Positions 44,681 to 53,990 of a stretch of 64,000 nt of DNA are shown piece after piece. Source of the DNA: Clostridia bacterium (GTDB lineage: Bacteria; Bacillota; Clostridia; Oscillospirales; CAG-382); the NCBI GenBank assembly GCA_017563195.1, contig JAFXDO010000048.1, positions 1,876 through 65,875 on the forward strand, in the 5' to 3' direction. Position 1 is the first letter of the stretch, and every line of letters begins with the position of its first letter. The notes beneath the pieces were generated by a model that saw only the letters and a list, made by a program, of their open reading frames with translations, ran no database searches and was not told where the DNA came from. A program made the position numbers and the translations under genes.

Positions 44681-45571
44681 TTACTTGTCTATGTATTTGC
44701 CGTTGATAACGTCCAGCAGATACTGTCCGTATTGGTTCTTTTTAAGCTCCTCGTAGATACGCAGCACGTCTTCCCTGCCGATCCAGCCGTTAAGATATGC
44801 GATCTCCTCAAGGCACGCGATCTTACGGTGCTGATGAGTCTCGACGGTCTTGACAAAGTTGGTCGCATCGACCAGACTTTCGTGCGTTCCTGTGTCGAGC
44901 CATGTATAGCCCTGACCGAGAAGCACGACGTTAAGCTCCTTATTGTCGAGATAGATTCGGTTGAGGTCGGTTATCTCAAGCTCGTTTCGCTTCGACGGCT
45001 TCAGAGACTTAGCGTATTCGACCACGCGGTTATCGTAGAAATACAGACCGGTAACGCAGTAGTTAGATTTGGGATTTTGAGGCTTTTCCTCGATGCTGAC
45101 AGCCTTTCCCTGCTCATCGAATTCAACGATACCAAACCGTTCGGGGTCGTCGACGTAATAGCCGAATATGGTCGCATTTCCCGAACCTTCCGCGCTTTCG
45201 ACAGCGTTAACAAGGCGCTCCTTAAGCCCGTGACCCGAGAAGATATTATCGCCCAAAACCATTGCAACGCAATCGTTTCCGATAAACTCCTCGCCGATTA
45301 TAAACGCCTGCGCGAGTCCGTCGGGGCTCGGCTGAACGGCGTACGAGAGATTTATGCCGAATTGTTTTCCGTCGCCCAAAAGATCCTCGAATCGCGGAGT
45401 GTCCTGAGGGGTCGAGATTATAAGAATATCGCGTATTCCCGCCATCATCAGCACGGACAGCGGATAGTAGATCATCGGTTTGTCGTAAACCGGAAGCAGC
45501 TGCTTTGACGTGACCTTAGTAAGCGGATAGAGCCTTGTCCCCGATCCGCCCGCAAGAATAATACCCTTCAT
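44681..45571 (-). CDS. rfbA: Glucose-1-phosphate thymidylyltransferase
   Basis: [18 protein letters not shown] and LGDNIF motifs. Confidence 0.95.
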   Translation of the reverse strand: MKGIILAGGSGTRLYPLTKVTSKQLLPVYDKPMIYYPLSVLMMAGIRDILIISTPQDTPRFEDLLGDGKQFGINLSYAVQPSPDGLAQAFIIGEEFIGNDCVAMVLGDNIFSGHGLKERLVNAVESAEGSGNATIFGYYVDDPERFGIVEFDEQGKAVSIEEKPQNPKSNYCVTGLYFYDNRVVEYAKSLKPSKRNELEITDLNRIYLDNKELNVVLLGQGYTWLDTGTHESLVDATNFVKTVETHQHRKIACLEEIAYLNGWIGREDVLRIYEELKKNQYGQYLLDVINGKYIDK

Positions 45572-45588
45572 ATCGCACCTCGCGTTTT

Positions 45589-46875
45589 TTATTTGATGAT
45601 TCGTTTGATCAAGCGCTTGATGTATCTAAGTTCGAAACAATGTCTTAGCAAAAACGGCTTTTGCCCCGAAAGATAAGCTCCGAAGGCAGCATACGCATCC
45701 TTGTATGCCTCCCAAAGATAATCGGTATATTTCGTATACCAATCCTCCATAAACCAACGATATCCGTATTCCTTTTTATACGCTTTCATATACTTTTTAA
45801 AACAGCGGCGCAAATGTCGTTCAGACGTATATTTTTCGTCCGGCGGTTGTAGCCCGTTGTCCTTTGCAAACTTTTCCAATTGCTCTGTAAAAGCAATTAT
45901 AAACGGTCCGCTCATATTTGTAGGATAAACAGCGAAGTGCGAATCCACATAAGTTACGTCAAGCGACTTCATAGCGTTGACATTGACTTGTATTTCGTTA
46001 TTGAGTACAAGTCGTTCGGCGATAATCAGCTTTTGACCATCGCGCGCAAATAACATATTGTGCGGAAGCGAACCGGATAAGGTTGCGCAAACGTCAGAGT
46101 TGCGAATGTAATAAATCATCCGAGAAAGCGGCAATTGCTCAGGGAACAATATTTTATAGCCGTTTCTTTCGAAAAAATCGTCCAGCGTTTCCAATCCGAA
46201 TTCAAGTCCGCTTGCCTTGCCGAGCTTGCTGCGACTGAAATAGATTTTATCCGCAGGTTCCCATGCAGCATCAATCTTAACGTTTGATGCGATCTTTTCG
46301 AAAATATTCTTATATTGCTCTGAATAATAATTGCACCAAGAATATCCGAGCTCCGGAACGATCAATTCTCTATATTCTGTCGGGCGATTAATGATTTCGA
46401 TTTTGTCCCAAACTCCAAGCAACTCAAAAAACGCTCTGTAATTACCGGTAATTTCACGTTCGGCGCCCGATTCTAAGAAAAACACATATTTATCTACATT
46501 CGAATCGTTTTCCAAAAAGTACCAAAGTCTGGCAACAGCCTCGACCAAAAAATGACCCCAATGATGCACCAGATATCCGCAATATACAGCCCTGCAATCA
46601 TCATGGAAAGGTGCTTCAAAATCATACTTTCCTTGAACTCTGCGTTCGACTGCCGAAAGCGCAATATACTCGCCGTTTGCGTCAACAACACCGCCTCGAC
46701 CGAACAAACTATTATCGCCCGAAAAATGCTTCAAAGGCAAAACAACAGCATTATTACCTTGCCAAACCGCCAATGATTCGCGCTTGACAAATTCTGCATT
46801 GTGGCGTTTTTTCAAATTTTCCGCCTTTAATGGACGCAGGTAAGAATAGTCGATGCTATACATAGGGCTCCTCAT
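45589..46875 (-). CDS. GT61-like (DUF563) glycosyltransferase
   Basis: [17 protein letters not shown] resembles the GT61/DUF563 signature. Low GC. It is the first gene of the rfb operon. Confidence 0.6.
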   Translation of the reverse strand: MRSPMYSIDYSYLRPLKAENLKKRHNAEFVKRESLAVWQGNNAVVLPLKHFSGDNSLFGRGGVVDANGEYIALSAVERRVQGKYDFEAPFHDDCRAVYCGYLVHHWGHFLVEAVARLWYFLENDSNVDKYVFFLESGAEREITGNYRAFFELLGVWDKIEIINRPTEYRELIVPELGYSWCNYYSEQYKNIFEKIASNVKIDAAWEPADKIYFSRSKLGKASGLEFGLETLDDFFERNGYKILFPEQLPLSRMIYYIRNSDVCATLSGSLPHNMLFARDGQKLIIAERLVLNNEIQVNVNAMKSLDVTYVDSHFAVYPTNMSGPFIIAFTEQLEKFAKDNGLQPPDEKYTSERHLRRCFKKYMKAYKKEYGYRWFMEDWYTKYTDYLWEAYKDAYAAFGAYLSGQKPFLLRHCFELRYIKRLIKRIIK

Positions 46876-46895
46876 ATTTTACATTTATTCATATT

Positions 46896-46924
46896 ATTAT
46901 ATAACATTTGCAAAACATTGTCAA
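46896..46924 (-). promoter_or_regulatory. Consensus sigma-A promoter of the GT61-rfb operon
   Basis: On the minus strand: TTGACA, 17 nt, TATAAT. Confidence 0.7.
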
Positions 46925-46951
46925 CAGGGAGTGAAAAGCGGAACAAAAGCC

Positions 46952-46980
46952 TTGATTTGAACTTTTGCGTATGGTATAAT
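46952..46980 (+). promoter_or_regulatory. Sigma-A promoter of 47010..48062
   Basis: TTGATT, 17 nt, then TGgTATAAT. Confidence 0.65.
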
Positions 46981-47009
46981 CAAGCGAACAGAACAAAGGG
47001 GGGCACACC

Positions 47010-48062
47010 ATGTCACAGCTTATGAAAAAGGGCGTTTTGCTCTACACCGGATACAGAGGCTACAGCTTTGGAAAGTACTACGTTCCAACCGACGAGGAGC
47101 TTTCAAGGCTTTTGGAGGTCAGCGACGAGATATTGCTTATTCCCATCGCCACATACAACAGATACACCGACAAAAACGGCAACGAGCTCGAGGTCGTCAC
47201 CCGCGAGATCATCGACGCGATGACCGAGGATATGGTGGGCGATCCCAACCGTCTCGAAACGATCAAAAAGGAATACCACGCCACCGCAGACCGCATTCTC
47301 GCAGGAAACTACCACATAAAGGACTACGTTGACGACGCGAACGCTTACGCCGAGCGCCTCGTCGCAATCAACCCGAACGTCAGGCTCTGGTATTCGGTTC
47401 CTCACGCGGAATGCTGGCACGCGCTCACCCACCTTTTCGCAGACGCTTGGGCAGACACCATCGATCTTATAAAGAGCACTCTGCGCGAGGATATCTGGAG
47501 CAACAACGTGCAGGGAATTTACTTTGCGGGCGAGGACGTTATAACCGCGGGATACACCCGCTTCGACTGCGACAAGCCCGAGCAGGACTTCAACAACCCC
47601 ATCGTCAGGTCGATGAGAGCGGTTTCGGACCGAATCCGTTCCTACGGCAAGAGCTGTCTTTGGATCCCCTATTACCACGAGGCGGCTTCATCGTCGAAGA
47701 ATCTCGGCTACGTTGTAAACCTCACCGATATTTTCGACACAGCCATCATTCAGCCCTCCTTCTTCTTCAACCCCGCACGCGTTGACGAGATCGCGATAGT
47801 GAGCGACTGCGTCAGAAAGCAGGCGGTCGTCGACATAAACGGCGATATCATCGGCGGCAAGAAGGTATCGAGGACCGAGATCGGCTTTGAAATGGAGATA
47901 GACGAGCAGTTCTATTCGAAGGAAGGCTACCCCGAGCGCTACTACGCGTATGAAAAGGGCTTCGGCGAATTCGTCGGCAAGCATCCGACGGCGTATTACG
48001 CGGGCTGTCCCGACACGATGATAAAGGCGCTCGACGTTATCGGAAAATTCTACAAGGAATAA
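47010..48062 (+). CDS. Cytoplasmic protein of unknown function (possibly a glycoside-hydrolase-like TIM barrel; DUF4855-like from memory, unverified)
   Basis: Clean 350-aa ORF with a GGGGGG RBS and no signal peptide. Confidence 0.5.
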   Translation: MSQLMKKGVLLYTGYRGYSFGKYYVPTDEELSRLLEVSDEILLIPIATYNRYTDKNGNELEVVTREIIDAMTEDMVGDPNRLETIKKEYHATADRILAGNYHIKDYVDDANAYAERLVAINPNVRLWYSVPHAECWHALTHLFADAWADTIDLIKSTLREDIWSNNVQGIYFAGEDVITAGYTRFDCDKPEQDFNNPIVRSMRAVSDRIRSYGKSCLWIPYYHEAASSSKNLGYVVNLTDIFDTAIIQPSFFFNPARVDEIAIVSDCVRKQAVVDINGDIIGGKKVSRTEIGFEMEIDEQFYSKEGYPERYYAYEKGFGEFVGKHPTAYYAGCPDTMIKALDVIGKFYKE

Positions 48063-48064
48063 TC

Positions 48065-48496
48065 ATGCTTAAGATCAGAAAAGCCGTTCCCGACGACGCA
48101 GGCGCATTGGCGCGACTCAGCCGCGACGGAATGGGATACGAATACGACACCGAAAAAACCAAGGAAAACCTGAAGACCGCGCTGGGCAAGGACTACGAAT
48201 GCGTGCTCGTGGCAGAGCTTGACGGAAATACCGTCGGCTATATCCACGCCTGCGATTACTGCCTGCTGTTTTCCGAAAAGTTCGTCAACGTTCTGGGCAT
48301 CTCGGTCGATCCGACGCTTACAAGGCAGGGCATCGGACGCGCGCTGATGACCGCTGTCGAGGAATGGGCAAGGACGCGAAAAGCGGTCGGCGTCCGTCTT
48401 GTTTCGGGTGAAGCGCGTATCGGCGCTCACGCCTTTTACGAAAAATGCGGGTACAAAAGCAACAAAACACAAAAGAACTTCAAAAAGATATTTTAG
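48065..48496 (+). CDS. GNAT-family N-acetyltransferase
   Basis: The motif A region LTRQGIGRALM matches the acetyl-CoA-binding Q/RxxGxG/A pattern. Confidence 0.85.
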   Translation: MLKIRKAVPDDAGALARLSRDGMGYEYDTEKTKENLKTALGKDYECVLVAELDGNTVGYIHACDYCLLFSEKFVNVLGISVDPTLTRQGIGRALMTAVEEWARTRKAVGVRLVSGEARIGAHAFYEKCGYKSNKTQKNFKKIF

Positions 48497-48506
48497 CGGT
48501 ATTTTG

Positions 48507-48535
48507 TTGACATCGCCATATTACTATGCTATAAT
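48507..48535 (+). promoter_or_regulatory. Consensus sigma-A promoter of 48584..49255
   Basis: TTGACA, 17 nt, TATAAT. Confidence 0.7.
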
Positions 48536-48583
48536 GTCGAAAAAGGCGCAACCGAAACGGTTGCGGAAAAGAGGTAAAAAAAC

Positions 48584-49255
48584 ATGAAGAAATTCTTACT
48601 TGCAATGCTTGCTTTGGTGCTTGCATTCTCCTTCGTTTTCGTCGGCTGCGACAGCGCGGATACCGACTCTGACGACAAGAGCGACAGCAAGGCTGCTTCC
48701 TCCTCCGAGGTTGAATCCTCCGAGCCCGAGGTTATCGACCTTACCGGCAGCTGGGAAGCAGAAATCGATATCGGCGAACTGCTCACTCAGTCGATCGCCG
48801 CATCGCTCAACGCCGAAATCGAAACCATCGAATTCAAGGCTACGATTGCTTTGAAATTCGACGGCGAAAAGTCTTCCATGAAGATGACCTCCAAGGAGGA
48901 CAGCGAAAAGGTTGTTGACATTATGCTCGATCTTGCTTACCAGATCGTTCTGGAGCAGGGCGTTGAAATGACCTTCGAGGATTACCTTGTTCTCGTTGAG
49001 CAGGAAAACCTCATGCCCGACCTTGAAGCTCAGGCAGATCAGGTCATCAAGTCTCTCGAGGTTGAGACCGACACCGGCGACTATACCGTTGAAGGCAACG
49101 TAATCAAGTACAGCGACGGCGACTTCGAAATCGAATTCAAGGACGATTCCTTCACCGTTAAGAAGATCACTCTCGACGATGAGGATTCTCTTGAGGATAT
49201 GGAAAAGCAGGTCTTCGATCTTATCGAGGGCAGCACCTTCAAGAAGGCAAAATAA
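48584..49255 (+). CDS. Acidic lipoprotein, unknown function
   Basis: Lipobox FVFVGC, then a D/S-rich linker. Confidence 0.55.
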   Translation: MKKFLLAMLALVLAFSFVFVGCDSADTDSDDKSDSKAASSSEVESSEPEVIDLTGSWEAEIDIGELLTQSIAASLNAEIETIEFKATIALKFDGEKSSMKMTSKEDSEKVVDIMLDLAYQIVLEQGVEMTFEDYLVLVEQENLMPDLEAQADQVIKSLEVETDTGDYTVEGNVIKYSDGDFEIEFKDDSFTVKKITLDDEDSLEDMEKQVFDLIEGSTFKKAK

Positions 49256-49267
49256 TCAAATTCACAC

Positions 49268-49305
49268 AAAAAACCTTGAAGCTTATAGGCTTCAAGGTTT
49301 TTTTC
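49268..49305. terminator. Bidirectional terminator
   Basis: Stem aaccttgaagc / gcttcaaggtt with loop ttatag, flanked by an A-run and a T-run. Confidence 0.85.
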
Positions 49306-49308
49306 TTT

Positions 49309-49929
49309 TTAATTGACGTAGCTCAGAAGTTCTTCAAAGCTGTTGACCGACGCGCCGTAATAGTGCACTCCGTCGCGGTCGAAGAGTATCGGCGCGATGC
49401 CGACCTCCTCGGCGGACAAAAGGTTTTCGCTTCTGTTGTCGATGAAGATGCATTCGTACGCCGAGCGGCCGATGCGCTCGAGAGCAAGGTCGAATATTTT
49501 AAGGTCGGGCTTGCGGCATTTCACGTCGGCGCTGACTATCTTATGCTTGAAATACTTGTTCAGATCCCATTTTTCGCAGATATACTCGCTCCATTCCGAA
49601 ATATCGTTCGAGAGCAGAACGAGCTCGTACTTATCCCGCACCGCCTCGGCAAACGCTATAAAGCCCTCGTCGAGCGTAAGATAATTATCGATATAGCGCC
49701 TTGTATGAAGCTCTGAAGCATCAAGACCGAGCCTTGCGCAAAATTCGCAGAGATTTATTGCTCCGAGCGATGCTTGATCGAAAAGCCTTTCCTTATGAAC
49801 AAGCTCCTCGACACGGTCATACGCCGCCTTGCCGAGCTCGTCGCGAGCATAGGCAAGAAAGCGGCCCTTGGATTCCTTCAGGATCACGCCGTACATATCG
49901 ATAAGAATTGTAGTGTATTGCTTTATCAT
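49309..49929 (-). CDS. HAD-superfamily hydrolase
   Basis: N-terminal ILIDMYGVIL (motif I variant) and C-terminal CIFIDNRSENL. Confidence 0.7.
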   Translation of the reverse strand: MIKQYTTILIDMYGVILKESKGRFLAYARDELGKAAYDRVEELVHKERLFDQASLGAINLCEFCARLGLDASELHTRRYIDNYLTLDEGFIAFAEAVRDKYELVLLSNDISEWSEYICEKWDLNKYFKHKIVSADVKCRKPDLKIFDLALERIGRSAYECIFIDNRSENLLSAEEVGIAPILFDRDGVHYYGASVNSFEELLSYVN

Positions 49930-49941
49930 TGTGATTTTCCT

Positions 49942-52281
49942 TTATTCACGATTTTTCCATTCCTCAAGTGAATAGTTCTCATATTCGGCGATGGCATCCG
50001 CCTTCGCGTAGTCTCCGTCGGTGCAATGAACGATAAATTCGCCGCTTCCCTCGTACCACAGATATTCCTTCTCGATTGAAGCATATGCGTTGCTTTGGCT
50101 TTGAACTATCCTGCTCCACTCCTCCTTGGTACCGTCGTAATATACGTCGGTGAGGCTTACGCAGCCGTAGCACATACTGACGGGTATAGCCTTTATGCTC
50201 GACGGAATATACAGAGCTTCGAGCGAGACGCACTCGTTCAGCAAGCCCTTGCCCACGTATTCTGTGCCCTCGGGGATGACGAATTCGGTTAGCGAGACGC
50301 AATCGCTGAACAAATATTTATATCCGAGTCCAAGCACGGTCGAATCGATGCCTTGAAGCGAGCCGCATTCCCAAAACGCGTATTCATTAACGCTTATTTT
50401 GTTGTTTGAGTTAACGTGTATGCTTTTGAGCGAATCGGCACCCCAGAACGCTCTGTCGCCGATATAGGTAAGCGACGGCGGAAAATGGATCTCCTCAAAT
50501 TCGCGATACGGCTTGGTATCGTCGAAGCGGTTGTACCTTCTGAACGCGCCCGAGCCGATCGAAGCGACCGGCTTTCCCTCGTAGGTCGCGGGGATCACGA
50601 TCACGCTGTCGGTACAGCTTCCGAAGCCCTCGACGGTGCAGTAATCCTTGCCGACCGAAATCTCGAGTCCCTCACTCGGAGTAAGCGATTCGTATTCAGC
50701 CCTCAGCATTTCTTCGTTTTTGTACCCGCAGTTAACGCAGGTCTCGAATTGGAGCTTGTTTTCCTCGTCGAAATGCTCGCCCCTAAACGAAGATGCGCCG
50801 CAGTCGCATTCCTTCCAATGCTCGTCCTCGTCAAATTTGTATTCCGAATCATAGGTGTGAAGATGAGCGCCGTTTTCGTCGGTATCTCTCACGCTTCCGT
50901 CGTCATTGTAATCCGAAACGCGGTAATAATCGAGCGCAGCAATGCGATTCTCGCCCAAGTCTATCCTGAGCTCGGCTTTATATTTACCGTCGTCGCCGAG
51001 GACGAAAAACACCTCGTCGACCTTTACGCCGCAGATATCGATTTTCTCGCCGATGCCGTTGTAATCGTTATAATACTCAAATCCGGTGCCGTAGTCATCG
51101 GTCGAATAATACACGGGCTCGCCCGTGCAGGCATAGGATTTTCCCTGAACCGTAACGCTTCCGTCGCGGTTGAAGGTGAAATCGTAGGTCTGCGACGCAT
51201 CGAAATCGTCTTCAATCGCAGAATCGATCCATTGTCCCTCAACAAAGCGCCAGACGCCCTCGACACGCGTGGTGTCACGCGTTACAACGTAGGTCGACGG
51301 AATAACCGAGTGCTCCTTTGAGGATTCTTCGGATTCTTCGGTTTCGTCTTCATTGTCGTTGCGTATCAGCGAGGTGACGCCGACGGCGCCGCCGATGACC
51401 ACGCCTGCGGCTACGATTCCGGCAACTATCTTTGCGGCAATGCCCACGCCGATTCCGGTAGCAGCGGTTGCCGCGGTAGCCGAAGCGGCGGTCGCTCCCG
51501 TTGCGGCAGCGGCGGTCGTTGCGGTCGTTGCGGTCGCGGCGGTCGTTGCGGTAGCGGTCGTTGCAGTAGTTGCGGTAGCGGTCGTCGCGGTAGCGGCGGT
51601 GACTGCCGCAACAGCCTCCGACACGCTCGGGATCGCCATAGACGCAAGCTCCTGCTTGAAGAGCAGCTGCATAAGAAGCGGCAGAGCCATTGCGCCGTGA
51701 AGCTTGGTTCCGGTCCTTCTTTCGTATTCCTCAACCTTGGTCTTCAAGGACTTGCGCGAGTAGCGCAAACGGCTTTTTACCGTTTCCTCGCCGACTCCCT
51801 GAATCGTCGCTATCTGACGGACCGACATACGCTCGTAGAAATAAAGCAGAGTCGCCTCCTTCTGCTCGTCGGAGAGAGACTCGACGATAGAATAAAGCTC
51901 CGATTTGAATTCCTTGTCCTCGAGCGCCTTATCGGGGATATTTGCATCGTTGTCGTCGGGAAGCACGTCAAGCAGAGTTTCGTTATCCTCGTCCGCCGAA
52001 AGGAGCATTTCCTTTTCTTTCCTGAAATGGGAAACGCACTTATTGTGCAATATACGCTTCACCCACACCGGAAAAAGGTTGGGAACGCGCAGAGTCTTAA
52101 GCTTTTTGATGACCTCCATACAGACGTCCTGTGTCACGTCGTATGCGAGATGCTCGTCGTTAACAGCCTTTCTTGCGTGGAAATAAAGGTCCTCGTAAAC
52201 CGCAGTAAGCAGCTTATCCATCGCATCTCTGTCTCCGCTCTGTGCCTTTTCGACAAGCGGCGTAAGCTTGTTATAATCCAT
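49942..52281 (-). CDS. Sigma-70-family (ECF-like) sigma factor fused to an Ala/Thr-rich linker, a TM helix and an extracytoplasmic domain ending in BspA-type leucine-rich repeats
   Basis: GGAG RBS 8 nt before ATG 52281 (MDYNKL); the track start at 52308 is a TTG. Region 2 (DAMDKLLTAVYEDLYFHARK, DVTQDV) and region 4 HTH (MSVRQIATIQGVGEETVKSRLRYSRK) are present. Then come the (A/T)n tract, the TM GIGVGIAAKIVAGIVAAGVVIGGAVGV, and LRR_5-like repeats (IPATYEGKPVASIGSGAF, IPEGTEYVGKGLLNECVSLEALYIPSSIKAI). Confidence 0.7.
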   Translation of the reverse strand: MDYNKLTPLVEKAQSGDRDAMDKLLTAVYEDLYFHARKAVNDEHLAYDVTQDVCMEVIKKLKTLRVPNLFPVWVKRILHNKCVSHFRKEKEMLLSADEDNETLLDVLPDDNDANIPDKALEDKEFKSELYSIVESLSDEQKEATLLYFYERMSVRQIATIQGVGEETVKSRLRYSRKSLKTKVEEYERRTGTKLHGAMALPLLMQLLFKQELASMAIPSVSEAVAAVTAATATTATATTATTATATTAATATTATTAAAATGATAASATAATAATGIGVGIAAKIVAGIVAAGVVIGGAVGVTSLIRNDNEDETEESEESSKEHSVIPSTYVVTRDTTRVEGVWRFVEGQWIDSAIEDDFDASQTYDFTFNRDGSVTVQGKSYACTGEPVYYSTDDYGTGFEYYNDYNGIGEKIDICGVKVDEVFFVLGDDGKYKAELRIDLGENRIAALDYYRVSDYNDDGSVRDTDENGAHLHTYDSEYKFDEDEHWKECDCGASSFRGEHFDEENKLQFETCVNCGYKNEEMLRAEYESLTPSEGLEISVGKDYCTVEGFGSCTDSVIVIPATYEGKPVASIGSGAFRRYNRFDDTKPYREFEEIHFPPSLTYIGDRAFWGADSLKSIHVNSNNKISVNEYAFWECGSLQGIDSTVLGLGYKYLFSDCVSLTEFVIPEGTEYVGKGLLNECVSLEALYIPSSIKAIPVSMCYGCVSLTDVYYDGTKEEWSRIVQSQSNAYASIEKEYLWYEGSGEFIVHCTDGDYAKADAIAEYENYSLEEWKNRE

Positions 52282-52282
52282 A

Positions 52283-52444
52283 TCAGTTCTCCGTAAGGTT
52301 TTCTTCAATACTATAAATGACGCGCCTCAGGTCGCGCAGAAGCGTTTCGGCATAACGAGGTGCCATTGCGCAGTTGAGTTTTTCTTCGTCGTAGATCCGT
52401 GTCAAAAGCTTCGAGATGATCTTCTCGTATTCAACGCATTTCAT
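52283..52444 (-). CDS. Small helical protein (53 aa), below the ORF-track size cut-off, translationally coupled to the sigma fusion
   Basis: GAGGAG lies 8 nt before ATG 52444. Translation: MKCVEYEKIISKLLTRIYDEEKLNCAMAPRYAETLLRDLRRVIYSIEENLTEN. Its TGA stop is 1 nt from the sigma gene ATG. Confidence 0.4.
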   Translation of the reverse strand: MKCVEYEKIISKLLTRIYDEEKLNCAMAPRYAETLLRDLRRVIYSIEENLTEN

Positions 52445-52471
52445 AGCTTTTCACTCCTCGGACAGGTGTAT

Positions 52472-53086
52472 TTACGCTTTCTTCTTATTAAAAAGCGACT
52501 TGACCGAGTCGACAAAGCGCTCGCCCTTGATCGTGCAAACGTCGATCCAAGCGAAAAGCACTGCGAGCACAACGAAGATTGCGGTGACCCAAAGAGCGTT
52601 GAAGAAGGTATCCTGAATATTCATCATTGCGTAAACTATAAGGGAGCAGAGCGCGGACATACCGCCGGTTGCGATAGACATGGGGAGGAAAAGGATGATA
52701 ACGAAAATACAGAACTTGATGTAAAGCGTGAAGAGGTTAAGCGCTTCGAAGGACTGCCAGAATGCCTTTGCCCAGCCCCAGCACTTGGGGAGGATGAAGC
52801 CGACCCATTTCCAGATGGGCCAGATGATTGCCGCCACGATAAAGCCCATGGACGAGTTGATGAATGCCTTGGCAAAGCCGGTATAGCCGATTGCCGCGTA
52901 AGACGCAACGATGCCGATGACAGCCGCGATCGCCATAAATATAAGTCGAGCGATCGCGCCTCTCTTTTTCTTTTTCTGCTTTTTCAGCAATGCGTCAAGC
53001 TCATAGCTTGTAAAGCCGCCGTTGGTTTCGGTGTCGTTGGTTTCGACGTTGATTTCGGTTTCGTAGTTGTTTTCGCAGTTGTTCAT
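52472..53086 (-). CDS. Polytopic membrane protein, unknown function
   Basis: AAGGAG RBS. An acidic N-terminus and a KKQKKKKR stop-transfer are followed by 4-5 TM helices. The opposite-strand ORF 52466..53092 is a shadow. Confidence 0.55.
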   Translation of the reverse strand: MNNCENNYETEINVETNDTETNGGFTSYELDALLKKQKKKKRGAIARLIFMAIAAVIGIVASYAAIGYTGFAKAFINSSMGFIVAAIIWPIWKWVGFILPKCWGWAKAFWQSFEALNLFTLYIKFCIFVIILFLPMSIATGGMSALCSLIVYAMMNIQDTFFNALWVTAIFVVLAVLFAWIDVCTIKGERFVDSVKSLFNKKKA

Positions 53087-53246
53087 GATTGACTCCTTTT
53101 TTGTTTGTTTTTTTGATTCTGTAGTGTAAGACGCAGCAAAAACAAAAAAGGGTCTAAATTTTCAAAAAATTTTTAAAAAATATTTTTATTGATTTTTTTC
53201 GACGTAATTACATAGCATAAACGGAGCAAAAAGCCCCGTTTATCTG

Positions 53247-53990
53247 TCAGTCGAGTATCCACATTTTCAGAATCGCGAGCATTTCGCGCAGTCCGTTGGG
53301 AATAACCGTATGCCAAGGCGTCGACGCGTGAATATGCGTGACGTCGTCAAAGCCCTCCGCACGTGCATAAACCTCCGCGCGGTATATATGGAAGCTGTTG
53401 CTGACGATCGCGACCGAATAATCCGAACCAAAGCGAGAATCGAGTATCTCCCTTGTAAATCTCAGGTTCTCCTCGGTGCTCGTCGAGTTTTCTTCCTTGA
53501 TTATCCTGCTTGCGGGCACGCCCTTGGATATCAGATAGCGCTCCATCGCCAGTGATTCGGTTATGTCCTCATAGGGGCCCTGACCGCCGCTGACCGCGAT
53601 ATAGGTGTCGCCGTTCCTTCGGTAATATTCCAGTGCCGTATCAAGCCGTGCCTGCAGATTTTTGCCGATCGTCTCGCCCTTTATCCCCGCGCCGAGCACG
53701 ATGATAACGTCCTCGTCGTAGGTGACGTTATCCTCGCTCCCGTACAGGTAGATGCAGGTGACGAAAATAAAGATTATCAGCAGTCCGATGCCGCAGGTCC
53801 GCTTCAGCCACTTTGGCATAATGCTTGAAAGCTTTTTATGAAACACGCCGTAGCTCAAAAGCGCAAGCCCGAGAATATACGCCGCGGCGGTTCCGACGGT
53901 GAAGTTCGAGCCGAAGGAATACGCCACAGCCGAAGCAAGCAGCACCGCGCCGAGCGCGATGCTTCCGTATTTTTCGGTTACAGGACGCAT
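53247..53990 (-). CDS. YdcF/DUF218 (ElyC/SanA-like) membrane-anchored protein
   Basis: N-terminal TM helices, then VIIVLGAGIKGE...AVSGGQGPYEDITESLAMERYL, typical of DUF218. Confidence 0.75.
   Translation of the reverse strand: MRPVTEKYGSIALGAVLLASAVAYSFGSNFTVGTAAAYILGLALLSYGVFHKKLSSIMPKWLKRTCGIGLLIIFIFVTCIYLYGSEDNVTYDEDVIIVLGAGIKGETIGKNLQARLDTALEYYRRNGDTYIAVSGGQGPYEDITESLAMERYLISKGVPASRIIKEENSTSTEENLRFTREILDSRFGSDYSVAIVSNSFHIYRAEVYARAEGFDDVTHIHASTPWHTVIPNGLREMLAILKMWILD

Noticed and set aside
52466-53092. The plus-strand 208-aa ORF, as opposed to the minus-strand 204-aa ORF on the same DNA.
   Set aside because: The minus-strand product has an AAGGAG RBS, a coherent TM topology and operon continuity with the downstream sigma gene. 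The plus-strand product is a charged low-complexity sequence with no RBS.
53100-53220. The extremely AT-rich tract (aaaaaatttttaaaaaatatttttattgattttttt) upstream of 52472..53086 as an origin-like or repeat element.
   Set aside because: It has no DnaA-box-like 9-mers and no repeated units. It is most simply an A/T-tract (UP-element-like, curved DNA) promoter region, and I could not place a convincing -10/-35 pair in it.
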